A stretch of 64,000 nt of DNA, from NCBI RefSeq assembly GCF_964188315.1, contig NC_135671.1, positions 4,154,001 through 4,218,000 of the forward strand, read 5' to 3'. This DNA is from Podarcis muralis. Lineage: Eukaryota. Below are positions 20,712 through 32,647 of the stretch, one piece after another (the first letter of the stretch is position 1; every line of letters starts with the position of its first letter). The notes beneath the pieces were generated by a model that did not search any database, was not told the origin of the DNA, and was given only the letters and a program-made list of their open reading frames with translations. Both the position numbers and the translations under genes were made by a program.

Positions 20712-22091
20712 CTTGTTCTTCCTGTATGTGACAGTTATTCTGTTCATTATGTTTCTTCTTGTGCTTGTAAAATGTTATGTCTCTCTTTTCCCGGTTGTTG
20801 CTGTTCTCCATCATGCCTTGGGTGGAGCTAATATCCTATTGTTGTTTCAGAAATTTCTCCATTGCTCCGTCCCGTGCTTCGTTGTTTTGCAACTTTGACA
20901 ACAGCTGCAAAAATCACACTGTCCCAGTAATGAACTTTATCAGTTCCTTGGCAAGTTTGCAGATTCCTTTCATCCTTCTGTCCGGCTGGAGATAACTGAG
21001 CAGTTGTACTTCCAATTAAATGAATTCCAAGTCCTTTTAACATTATTCAGTTCAGTCCGTAAATAATAAAGGATGGGGAAGAGTCAGCTGTAAGCTTCCA
21101 TCGCAAACCTCTTGCAACATAGAGCTTCCCTTCCTTTTTCCTTTTTTTTTTTTTACACACACAGTTCCATTTCATGTTATATTCCATATCTTACAATCCA
21201 GTTTCATCCCTCCTCACTTGCACATATACAATCTCAACTAGCATTCAAGGGAGGGTTGCCAAATCATAAACGTAGAGAAGAAAACTTCATATAAAGAAGC
21301 CGTAGGCTCCCCTCTCCCCACTGCCTTATGTACTGAATGACGCATTCTCTCAAGTTCAGACCTTAAAGACCTTGCAGCTGGTTCAGTTCCGCAGTTTATG
21401 AGCTCATCTCTTCTCGCATGCGCCTGTACATTAGTCCAAATTAAGCTCTAATTAACAGGAGAACCTCTGTTTCTTAATGGCAGCATGGGAGGATTATCGG
21501 CAGGCAAAGTGCTTTTGCACTCAGTGCCTCCCACAATCCATACCGGAGCGAGAGCCAGGTACTTAGATGAGCCGCGAGTGATGTGTGTTCCCACCTGTCC
21601 CTGGTTTTCAGGTACAATATCTGTATATTCCTCAGCCATTCTCTGTTATCTACCTGCAAACATTGTAACAAATGATACGTCTATGAAAGTAAACTTCAAC
21701 ATTCTACTTAGTTAGACTGGTTTTAGCAGATCCCACATTTAAAATTACAGGATTGGAACGTGTCCCAGAAGATTATCTCCTACTTCAGGCAGAAGATTCT
21801 CCCCAGAAAGGCTGGATCCTCTACTTCCAGCTTATTTTGTCTCAGCTCATTCCCATTTCAAGGCTGCTTGCTCTCTCTGAGGGACATAACATACAGGTGA
21901 ATTGACCATTCAAGGAAAGAGCTGCAGCCATTAAGAAAAAAACAACATCTTCAGAGCTCTGATTAACCATATACCAGCCACCTCACAATGCGGTGTAAAT
22001 AATGGGGAGGAAGTTAATATGAAAGTAAAGCACAGAACTAAGAAGGAACCTATACTGGTAGAACACTTGCTGTTCAGTCTTGACACGATAG

Positions 22092-22135
22092 TTCATTCAT
22101 TCATTCATTCATTCATTCATTCATTCATTCATTCA
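22092..22135. repeat. (TTCA)n microsatellite just 3' of the copy 5 stop codon
   Basis: 11 TTCA units; shorter versions follow copies 1, 4 and 6. Confidence 0.9.
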
Positions 22136-22144
22136 ATGCTTCAT

Positions 22145-23064
22145 TCAGCATCTTAGTTGATGTAACATCCTTACTGATTCCTGTTTCAATTTGGGACTCA
22201 TGAAGATCAGGATAAGAGCATGACCAGAGGAATATGCAGCAATCACATTTAAAAAAACGAAATGCACTCCAATGTCGTTAATGCCCATCCGAAACAAAAC
22301 TGTTGACAAAATTTCCACAAAAATGTTAGATACATAGAGAATGGAGAAAGAAGCCAGAGCTTTGATGGCATTCAGGTGAGCTTCTATTCTGACATCCCTC
22401 GCACTGTTTTGTAGAAGATTTTTGTGCCTCCACAGAGAAGTTAGTAATAAAATGGATGAGAACAAAAATATCGCGAAGGGAAAGAAATCTGGAACAACAG
22501 AAGGATAAGAAACTCACAGGAATTGGATGTGTTAATTCCTGAGTCATTATTATTGTTTAGATATGATTCAAATGGATTACATTTAGAAAAAATGTTATTG
22601 CCTGTTAATGCCACAGTGGTGGTGATTGCAGAGAAGACCACTGTCCCCAGAAGCAGCCAAGGCACCAGCCCAGGGAATCTCTGCTTCATTTGCAGGAAGA
22701 GAGGGTGGGAGAAGTTAGCGATTTTTACACAGTACAAGACACTGAGCCAAGCGGCAAACCAAAGGCTGGCCGTATTAAGAAATAACCAGAAGGAATCATA
22801 TGCAATTTTTATCTTCAGCATCAGAAAAGGGTCCACCAAAAAGAGGTTGAATATTGCAGCCTGCATCATAACGGCATGAAATGCAAATCTGAACAAGCCA
22901 AGCAAACTCAGGATCATGTCAGCTGAGGATAGTTTTCGGCTTCTAAAACAGTCAATGCAGTTCACGATAGCAATGAATCCATTTCCCACCATTCCTGTGA
23001 GGGTTTCAATCACCAGAAGAACGAAGCCAAACAATTCAAATAAGTTAAGCATCTTTCTGAGCAT
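22145..23064 (-). pseudogene. TAS2R: Bitter taste receptor, copy 5, frameshifted
   Basis: Relative to paralogs (ctt cta tat gtt gtt cca gat), 4 nt are missing between 22498 and 22499. This gives a 207-aa truncated product; the downstream frame stays open to the normal stop. Confidence 0.88.
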
Positions 23065-24291
23065 GAAATAGAAGCGTTTCTTTTAGTGCAATGTGTAATA
23101 TTAGCACAGGCTGATGCTGATGCTGCCCTTTATATAACCAGTAGAGAACAGAATACTTCTGCCTTCTTTCCAGAATTGAGGAACTTGCAGGGAGAGGAGC
23201 GAGCTATTTTCATTTGTTGATTCTGTTCGGATGCAAATAACATCTGGAAAGATTCCATTACTAAATCTATATCATATATTCTGCTGTCATATTCGCAAAT
23301 TCGACAGTGGTGCTAAATATCATCTTTGCATCTGGCTGGACAAACAGTGATACATGATTCTTTTAGGATTTGTTTATCTTGATTAATGTTTGTTCACCAG
23401 TATGATTATTTTTAATCCATCTGAAAACAGAGATGTCTATCAAATGATTTCATAAATTTATTGTCTTTGTGAGGGACGTGGTTCTAATTGCTCAAAGAAA
23501 TAAAGCAAGGTGTTTAATTGTGCAGGCCAATAGAAGAAATTTTATTAGAATTGATTCATTGTTCTTGCACCTCTTTAAGCAATCAATGGATTTCATACTC
23601 AGGTTATCGACCACATAAGAGACACCCAGCAGGGCTGCCCTCTGTGGCCATTGCTGTTTGCATTGTTCGTGGAGGTACTAGGCATCCAACTATACAAAGA
23701 CGCCTTCTATAGAGGGTGTCATTGTGCAGGATGAGGTACACAAAGTGAGTATGTTGGCAGATGACACCCTTTCATCTTTGCAAAATCCAATAACAGCCTT
23801 TAGGCACCTAAGCGGCAGTTAGAAATGTATCATAGGGTAGCAGGATTGCCAATCAACTACTCTAAATCTGTGATCCTTCCTATCAATTTAGAAGCACTAC
23901 AAGAGGCTGGTTACTAGCTAACTCTCCACTTGCCATAACTCACGGAGAATTTAAGTAGTTAGGTATTAACTTCACTGCAGATACGGCTTCCAGTTCTGGC
24001 TGCCTTAATGGAGACAGCCCCCATGACAATGAGATTAGATTATAGATATGGTTTACAAATTTTAAAAAAGAAACTGTTGTTGGCTCTGCTATTCGAATCT
24101 CAGCTGTCTTTGGCACAGAAAATCAATAACAGTCAGAGATAGATGTCCATACCGGAGGAAGAGCCAGATACTTAGACGAGCTGCGAGTGATGTGTGTTCC
24201 TGCCAGTCCCTGGTTTTCAGGTACAATATCTGTATATTCCTTAGTCATTATCTGCTATCTACCTGATTCATTCATTCATTCAATGCTTCAT

Positions 24292-25203
24292 TCAGCATCT
24301 TAGTTGATGTAACATCTTTACTGATTCCTGTTTCAGTTTGGGACTGATGAAGATCAGGATAAGAGCATGACCAGAGGAATATGCAGCCATCACATTTAAA
24401 AAAACCAAATGCACTCCAATGTCATAAATGCCCATCCGAGAAAAAACTATTGACAAATTTCCCACAAAAACGTTAGTTACGTAGAGAATGGAGAAAGAAG
24501 CCAGGGCTTTGATGGCATTCAGGTGAACTTTTGTGCTGACATCCCTCGCACTGTTTCGTAGAAGATTTTTGTGCCTCCACAGAGAAGTTAGCAATAAAAT
24601 GGATGAGAACAAAAATATCGTGAAGGGAAAGAGATTTGGAAAAATATATAGTAGGATAAGAAACTCACAGGAATTGGTCGTGTTAATTCCTGAGTCACTG
24701 CTATTGCTTAGATGTGATTTAAAAGGATTACATTTAGACACAATGATACTGCCTGTTATTGCCACAGTGGTGGTGATTGCAGAGAAGACCACTGTCCCCA
24801 GAAGCAGCCAAGGCACCAGCCCAGGGAATTTCCGCTTCATTTGCAGGAAGAGAGGGTGAGAGAAGTTAGCGATTTTTACACAGTACAAGACACTGAGCCA
24901 AGCGGCAAACCAAAGGCTAGCCGTATTAAGAAATACCGATGAGGAATCATATGCAATATTTATCTTCAGCATCAGAACAGGGTTCACGAGAAAGAGGTTG
25001 AATATTGCAACCTGTATCATAACGGCATGAAATGCAAATCTGAACAAGCTAAGACAACTCAGGATCATGTCAGCTGAGGATAGTTTTCGGCTTCTAAACC
25101 AGTCAATGCAGTTAATGATAGCAATGAATCCATTTCCCACCATTCCTATGAGGGTTTCAATCACCAGAAGAATGAAGCCAAACAATTCAAATAAGGTAGG
25201 CAT
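24292..25203 (-). CDS. TAS2R: Bitter taste receptor, copy 6 (303 aa from the conserved second ATG; 5' end hit by a SINE)
   Basis: Intact 7TM ORF from ATG 25203. The original first ATG is displaced to 25591 by the SINE; the ORF-track start at 25248 is a GTG inside the SINE. Confidence 0.85.
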   Translation of the reverse strand: MPTLFELFGFILLVIETLIGMVGNGFIAIINCIDWFRSRKLSSADMILSCLSLFRFAFHAVMIQVAIFNLFLVNPVLMLKINIAYDSSSVFLNTASLWFAAWLSVLYCVKIANFSHPLFLQMKRKFPGLVPWLLLGTVVFSAITTTVAITGSIIVSKCNPFKSHLSNSSDSGINTTNSCEFLILLYIFPNLFPFTIFLFSSILLLTSLWRHKNLLRNSARDVSTKVHLNAIKALASFSILYVTNVFVGNLSIVFSRMGIYDIGVHLVFLNVMAAYSSGHALILIFISPKLKQESVKMLHQLRC

Positions 25204-25212
25204 CTTTCTGAG

Positions 25213-25572
25213 GGACGCAGGTGGCGCTGTGGGTAAAAGCCTCAGCACCTAGGGCTTGCCGATCGAAAGGTCGGCGGTTCGAATCCCTGCGGCGGGGTGC
25301 GCTCCCGTCGTTCGGTCCCAGCGCCTGCCAACCTAGCAGTTCGAAAGCACCCCCAGGTGCAAGTAGATAAATAGGGACCGCTTACAAGCGGGAAGGTAAA
25401 CGGCGTTTCCGTGTGCGGCTCTGGCTCGCCAGAGCAGCGATGTCACGCTGGCCACGTGACCCAGAAGTGTCTCCGGACAGCGCTGGCCCCCGGCCTCTTG
25501 AGTGAGATGGGCGCACAACCCTAGAGTCTGGCAAGACTGGCCCGTACGGGCAGGGGTACCTTTACCTTTACC
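25213..25572 (+). mobile_element. Full-length, young Sauria SINE (Squam1)
   Basis: tRNA head with A/B boxes, CpG-rich, ACCTTT tail, 16-bp TSD TAGGCATCTTTCTGAG (25197-25212, 25573-25588). Confidence 0.92.
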
Positions 25573-26169
25573 TAGGCATCTTTCTGAGCATGAAATAGAA
25601 GCGTTTCTTCCAGAGTAATGTGTAATATTAGCACAGGCTGATGCTGATGCTGCCCTTTATATGACCAGTGGAGAACAGAATACTTCTGCCTTCTCTCAAG
25701 AATAGAGAAACTTGCAGGGAGGGATGTGCGCTATTTTCATTTGTTGATTCTGTTGAGATGCAAATCACATCTGGAAGATTCCACTACTAAATCTATATCA
25801 TATATTCTGCAGTCATATTTACAAATTCGACACTGGTGCTAAATATCATCTTTGCATCTGGCTTGACGAACAGGGATACATGATTCTTTTAGGATTTGTT
25901 TATTTTGATTAATGTTTGTTCATCAGGATGATTATTTTTCATCCATCTGTAAACAGAGATTTCTATCAAATGATTTCATAAATTTATTGTGTTTGTGAGG
26001 GACGTGTTTCTAATTGGTCAGAGAAATAAAACAGGGTGTTTAATTGTGTCTATTAAATTAAAGAATTGATTCATTGTTTTCTATGTTCTTGCCCCTCTTT
26101 AAGCAATCAATGGATTTGATGCTCAGGTTATCAACCTCTTAAGGGACACCCAGCAGGGCCTTAGCTGGC

Positions 26170-27050
26170 TTTGGTGAACAGCCATGGTAAAAATGTAAAT
26201 ATTACCTAAGTTCTTACATTTTTTCAAGTTCTGTGTATCCCTATCCCTCCTCTTTAGCAAAAGAGATGGCAAAACAAACTCAATGCATTTGTGTTGGGAT
26301 GCAAAAATCTAGGATAAGCAACAAAACTCTCTATGGACATAGAACAAAAGAAGGAATGGGAATTGCCTAAGTTAATGTCATACTATGATGCTTTTCAAAT
26401 CAAATCCTTGATCCCATTGCTCAGGGGAAGAACAGAGGACCCTCCGATCCAACTCGTGATGGTCCCTTCCACACTTTCTATAAGAGGCCACCCTTTCTTA
26501 CCTTTGTCCTTGAAGGAGGTAAGGAAAATGGACAATCCATTTACAAGATCAGAACCGATGGCATGGAGAACGTGGAGCAAAACCTTGGCCTCTGACCCTT
26601 CACCACCATTCCTGTTCCTGGATCATCCAGCTTTCAAACACAGAGATCAATGTCAACAGTTCAAGGATTGGGAAGATGTAGGCATTTATACAATCCACAT
26701 TACCTGCTTCCCAGAGAGAAAACAATTTCCCAAGAGGAACTGCAAGGTAAATTAAAAGGCATTCGTACTACCTGGTTTCAGGTAGCTCAGGCTCATTCTT
26801 TTGCACTTTGTTTGGAGCGCAGGGGAGAGGCCCTACGCAGGTTTACCTTGTTTGAATCCTTATACAACAGGCCAGCATATGACCTGAAGGGTCCTCCTTC
26901 CCTAATAGATAGCAATCTATTGCAGTTCCCAATTAGGGGTACAGGGACCACTGGTGGTCTGCAGAACGCACACTGGGGGTTCGTGGCCCCATCCCTTGCC
27001 TCCAAACAACTTTTTTGGGGTCATTTTTGCATTGCAATATCACAAATTTT
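26170..27050 (+). mobile_element. Decayed L1/Tx1 ORF2 fragment (post-RT region)
   Basis: Frameshifted peptides KTLYGHRTKEGMG / LPKLMSYYDAFQIK..NPF..W..W..HPAF..F.DW...GI, typical of non-mammalian L1 ORF2. Confidence 0.6.
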
Positions 27051-27059
27051 ATGATCTGT

Positions 27060-27190
27060 TTTGTTGTTGTTGCTTAGTCATTTAGTCATGTCCGACTCTT
27101 CGTGACCCCCTGGACCGGAGCAAGCCAGGCACCCCTGTCTTCCACTGCCTCCCACAGTTTGGTCAAACTCATGCTGGTAGCTTTGAGAAC
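27060..27190 (-). mobile_element. BovB 3' end fragment
   Basis: Minus-strand peptide MSLTKLWEAVEDRGAWLAPVQGVTKSRT resembles the BovB C-terminus; short repeat tail. Confidence 0.8.
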
Positions 27191-27608
27191 AGGCATATGG
27201 TCTGTTTTAGCACCATGCAATTTTGCAAGATATTGGCCAAAATTGGTTTTGAAATCACAGCACAATAGCAATTTCGACCCGGCAATATGCAGCAATGTAT
27301 CGCTCCTCACATGAGGGAGACTTGCAGGGCACCCGGATATTCCACTGTGATCTCAGCCAATAACACTGCTGATCTGTAATTTCGTTGTCCCCGAGAGGGC
27401 GCAATGACAATAAAGATTTATTATTATTTATTATTATTATTATCTGAGCTGCCTTCCCTCATGCTGAGGGAAAACAGGGCAGCTGATTACCCTCACTTCA
27501 AGGCACCATGGCACTACCTTCCCCTGGCACTTGTGGGATGTAAAACTGCAGACAAATACAACAGTCCCACAGTGGACATGTTAGGGGATATTTTGTACCA
27601 CTCAGGAG

Positions 27609-27698
27609 CACAGCTGTCAACTTTTCCCTTTTCTTGCGAGGAATCCTATTCGGAATAAGGGAATTTCCTTTAAAAAAAGGAAAACGTGGACAGCTATG
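27609..27698. mobile_element. 90-bp hAT-type MITE
   Basis: TIR CACAGCTGTCAAC / GTGGACAGCTATG; perfect 8-bp TSD CTCAGGAG. Confidence 0.85.
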
Positions 27699-27920
27699 CT
27701 CAGGAGAAGACTTCCTGTTTCCTCCTGAGCTGGGACAGACTTCCACTACATGCGACTTGAAGAGGGTCTGGTCTGTTGTACTAGCATGGAGGAGCATACG
27801 GCCTCCATGTTCTCATCAGTGTGTGTTCTCCATTTTGTATGTTGCTGTGTGTTTGGAAAAGTGACTACTTAGTCGCAGTCACTTGGGACTAACTTCTTTA
27901 TGGCATAGTTCTAGTTGTTA

Positions 27921-28462
27921 TGTAACCTAAGCCTGCCTTCAGGGATATGTCTGTGAACCTGAATGAATCGGTGAGTAAACTACTTTTATATTAACATTAA
28001 TCAGATTCTTGTGTTTATTCTTTTTAAGAGGGAGTAGAAGGGATTTTACCAGGAAGGAATCTTTAATAGTAAGACTCAGATGAGTCAGCAACAAGCTGAT
28101 CGCTGCGTAATTTAAAAAGGGGGATGTTTGGAACTCTGCTAGAATATGGAACTTGCTAGCACAAGCTGGGAAGGATATCATTAAATAATATATCCTCTCC
28201 TGCCTCACTAATCTTCCCCACAGCACTGAGGCAGAGCAGCTTTTCTCAGTCAGCAGAAAAGCAGCAGCAGCCACAGTGGACGTGCATCTTCGCTGGCTGC
28301 CACCTCTGGCTGCTCCACTGACAGCAGCTTGATGCATCCCCCATTCCCTTCCATTCAAACCATGGCGGTGGAGGTGACTCTGCTTCCTCTTCACCCTCTA
28401 CACATCCAATCTCCGTGACTGACCCATCCCTCATCCCCATGCCTCATCTCCAATTTCAGACA
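27921..28462 (-). mobile_element. Solo LTR
   Basis: TG..CA termini, minus-strand AATAAA near 28015, near-TSD TTGTTA/TTGTGA. Confidence 0.6.
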
Positions 28463-28470
28463 TTGTGATA

Positions 28471-28716
28471 CAGTGGTACCTCGTCAAGTGTCTGGGATCC
28501 GTTCCGGAGCCCTGGACGCTCAACGAAAGAGATGCTTGACAGAGCGTCACTCTGCGCGTGGAGCGGTTTAGCGCTTCTGCACATGCGCGAAGCATGATTT
28601 AGCGCTTCTGCGCATGCGCGAAGCAGCAAACCCGGAAGTAACCCGTTCCGGTACTTCCGGATTTGCCACAGACATCCGCCAAAATGGATGATCGAGGGGG
28701 CAGACGTTCAATGATT
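28471..28716. mobile_element. Tigger-like MITE (different subfamily, degraded right end)
   Basis: TA-CAGTGGTACCTC start; internal gcgcatgcgc repeats. Confidence 0.6.
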
Positions 28717-28999
28717 GTATATCAGAATATTGTGATGTTTGGCTGCTGAGTTATAATTGCAGCTGTGTAGCTGAGTCCAACAGACTGAAGCCCCACCCTG
28801 CACCACAGAGAATTAGCATTGATTGCAACATGATTACCGATAGCTTAGCAATTGAAGAACCAGACTGAAACAACTCAGAACATATGGAAAAATAATATCT
28901 GGATGTCTCACAAGACACAGGGGGGCAATTAAAGGCATAAGAAAGAGACACCTTCCAAGAAACGTGGACCCCATTCTTTAATTATTTTAATGACCAAAA

Positions 29000-29600
29000 T
29001 GGGTCAACTTTGTGAGCATGAAATAAAAGTGTTTCATTCACTGTAATATGTATTATTTGCACTGTTTGCTGCCACTGACACACTTTATTTATATGAGAAG
29101 TTCAGAGTACAATACTTCTGCCTTCTCCTTAGAACAGAAAAACTTGTAGAGTGGAGGGAGCTATTTTCATTTGTTGATTTCTGTTCTGATGCAAATCACA
29201 CCTGGAAGCACTCTGTTGCTTAATCTATAATATCTGTTCTGACATCATATTTGCAAATTTTACAGAGGTGCTAAATATCATCTTTGCATCTGGTGTAACA
29301 AACAGGGACCTGTGATTCTTTCAGGATTTGTTTATTTTGATTAATGTCCCCATCCCAGTATTAGTAGTTTCAATCCATCCAAAAACAAGCTGTTTATCAA
29401 ATGATAAGTTTATTGCATTTGTGAGTGGTTCTAATTAGTTTTATAACTAAAAGATTAACTAGTTGGATAATAAAAATGTTAATTTGTGCATGCCAGTAGG
29501 AGGGGTGTTTATAATTACACTTCCTAGAAAAGTAGGAATTGGAGGAATTAAGCATCAGGAAGTGTAAATCCAACATAATTCTTTCTCCAAGTTCTCTGCC
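29000..29600 (-). pseudogene. Orphan TAS2R promoter block with a start-codon remnant and no recognisable receptor CDS
   Basis: Minus-strand ATG CTC ACA AAG TTG at 29019 (cf. MLRKM) with a stop at codon 11; upstream block keeps TATA-like and ATGCAAAT (29189-29196) sites. Confidence 0.65.
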
Positions 29601-29659
29601 TTTATAGAGAGATTTTATGGAAGCATACAGGTGATGCCCCTGCCCTGGGAATTGTAGTA

Positions 29660-30449
29660 CAGTGGTACCTCGCAAGACGAATGCCTCGCAAGACGGAAAA
29701 CTCGCAAGAAGAAAGAGTTTTCCGTTTTTCGAGGTGCTTCGCCAGACAAATTTCCCTATGGGCTTGCTTTGCAAGAAGAAAGCCCATAGGGAAATCTCCG
29801 GGGACCTCTTTTAAAATGCTGGCGGTCGGGAGCAAAGACTTTTGCCCACCGCCGGCCTTCAGAAGAGGTCCTGGACCTCTTCTGAAGGCCGGCGGGGGGC
29901 AAAAGTCTTTGCTCCCCCCCGCCTGCCTTCCTGGGACAGCGGAGACTTCTCCGCTGTCCCGGGGCAATCTTAAAATGCTGGCGGGCGGCAGCGAAACCTT
30001 CGCTGCCGCCCGCCAGCATTTTAAAATCACCCCGGGACAGCGGAGGCTTTGCTGCCGCCCGCCAGCATTTTAAAATCGCCCCGGGACAGTGGAGAAGTCT
30101 CCGCTGTCCCGGGGGCTTTTAAAATGCTGGCGGTCGGCAGCAAAGCCCTCCTGTCCCCGGAGCTTGCGGGGCGGGAGGTGGGGAGAAGGGCTTTTCTTCC
30201 CACCGCCAGCCTTCAGAACAGCCTTCTGAAGGCTGGCGGTGGGAAGAAAAGCCCTTGTCCCCCCCCCCAGCCTTCAGAAGAGGTCGGGGGACAGACTGTC
30301 CCCGGACCTGGTCTGAAGGCGGTTTCCATAGGAACGCATTGATTGATTTTCAATGCATTCCTATGGGAAACCGTGCTTTGCAAGACAAAAAACTCGCAAG
30401 AAGAAAAAACTCGCGGAACGAATTAATTTCGTCTTGCGAGGTACCACTG
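29660..30449. mobile_element. 790-bp Tigger-like MITE with internal palindromes
   Basis: TIR CAGTGGTACCTCGCAAGACGAA / TTCGTCTTGCGAGGTACCACTG with TA flanks. Confidence 0.9.
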
Positions 30450-30914
30450 TACATTCAGGGTGCCAGGTTAGACCAAGGATAGGGAATATCAGTCTCAGGG
30501 ACCCAATGCAGCTGTCCAAGCCTCTTTCTCAGGCCACCCATCTCTACTTCTGATTTTCACTATCCGTTCATTCTTTTTAAGGGTGTTTTTTTAATGTGTC
30601 TTTGGATGGAGAGAAAGTACAAAGGTGGTGGGACAGCACTCATCTCAGCCCTTCTTCCTTGCCCCCTCCCCAATATGCCTCCTCTTTCCATTTTGCTGAC
30701 TGACCTCTCTCCCGCATTTGCACCATGGCTTACTGGCTGAAGACTGAAGTGACTTCCTTGCAAAGCTGGGAGCCTGCCTCGGAGACAGATTCAAACTAAC
30801 ATAACCTTTAAATACACATTTGGGAAAGTGAAATAAACCAAAATATAATTAAATGTGTTTCGACCAGTGGTCCATCAAACATGTACACAATAGATAAGAT
30901 ATGCAAAGAACATA

Positions 30915-31399
30915 CCGTATTTTTCGCTCTATAGGACGCACCCGACCATAGGAGGCACCTTGTTTTAGAGGGGGAGAACAAGAAAAAAAAACTCCCTCTC
31001 TCTGCACAGCACCCCTTCAGCGAAGTGGCAGGAGAAATGGAGCCCCTTCCATTTCTCCCCACGCTTTGCTGAAGGGGTGCTGCGCAGCTCTCCCTCTCCC
31101 ACATTGCCTTCGCCTTCAGCGAAGGCAACCCAAAGCCTCCAGAATGCGGCTTTGGGTTCCTTTCGCTGAAGCCAGGAAAGCGGGACTCTCCCACTGCTCC
31201 CTGAGCAGTGGGGCTGGCGGTGGGGGAAGCCCGGCTTTCCCCCACCGCCAGCCTCAAAGAGCAGGTCGGGGCTGGTGGGGGAAGCCCAAGATCCCCCCCC
31301 CCAGCTCAAGGAACTACACATTCGCTCCATCAGACACACAGACACTTCCCCTTAGAATTTAAGAGGAAAAAAGTGCGTCTTATGGAGCGAAAAATACGG
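30915..31399. mobile_element. Tc2/pogo-type MITE
   Basis: TIR CCGTATTTTTCGCTC.ATA with TA flanks. Confidence 0.85.
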
Positions 31400-32647
31400 T
31401 ACCTATTCAAAACAAAAATTATTAAAATGCTATTAAATAACCAATTTTTTTTACTAAAACAGGCATTGGCCCTCCGTCTCCTTTTGCTATTCCCTCTATT
31501 TTATTTTAAATCTTCATTTAAAAAAAATATGCTTAAAACTGCTGACATATTGATAGACTGTGAACTTTTATTGTGCATGAAAATGGGGTCTACTATTCAC
31601 TGTGTGAATACAGTGTGGGTAAATACTGAATACGGTGCGAATACTGTGTGAGTAAAAAGAGAGAAAAGCAAAGTGACTTTGCAATAGCTATTTTATTTAG
31701 ACATATAAGGTTAAAAACACATGAAGTATCCAAGCAGTGAGACATTTCAGAGGTTCTAGTGCTTTCATGGTTTGATACCTTTCTAATGAAGTCAGTCGCG
31801 GCTTGCTGGTATTTTATTATTTAGCAAGATGGAGGCAGAAGACAGGTGAAAGCATTAAACACCCTAACGTGTCTCATAGCTCTTGGCTCCCCAATCAGAC
31901 TTTCAGAGAGACGGCTAGCACCATCAGCTCCTTTCAGAGAGCAGCTGTCTGTCCACTCTCTGTCTCTCCCCCAGACCCAGCCCATTTCAAAGAGTTGGTC
32001 TACGTACACATTCACGCTTTAAAACGCAGCAAGTTTATTCCCGTCTCCCACTGCATTTCAAGCCACATTCTTCTGTTGCAGCACATTTCCCAAAGATGTG
32101 GGGACAGGGTGAAGCCCTCCCCCCAATCTTGAGGGGCCAGGCCTCCCCAGGCATCCCCAGGGTGGCGTTGAGCCTCATAGTACCTCACGGTCTCCTCCTG
32201 ACACATGTGATGTCACACACACACGCCAGAGGTTCCCGATGTCAGGCGGAACTCAGCATCTCTGCCAACTGGGTGCAGGGGCCCTGCCAGATGCACTATT
32301 TATTCCCCTGGTGCAGACCCAAGCAATGCTTGCCCATGTGGCTGGACCCTTCCCTGGAGAGGCACTGTTTGTCAACCTCCCTGTGATGGGCCATTTTACA
32401 GGCAAGGTTGCGATCTGGAAATTCCTTTGGCATAATAATAAGTGTTCAGTTTTGACATAATAGTGAATCATTAAGCAAGCAGAGTACATATAGTATCATA
32501 AAATGAAGACTACGAGGGCATACGCAGCAGGAAGTTCTCCTGTGCAAACTTCCTTCCAATGGCTTGCCAGTCTTGACCAGGAAAGCATCTGGTAGACTGT
32601 CCTCAGTGTACATGTGCACATGCACACCAACAGAGAGGCAGGCAGTA

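Noticed and set aside
29602-30342. Overlapping ORFs on both strands (up to 142 aa)
   Set aside because: By-product of GC-rich palindromic MITE modules; peptides repeat the same module with no domain.
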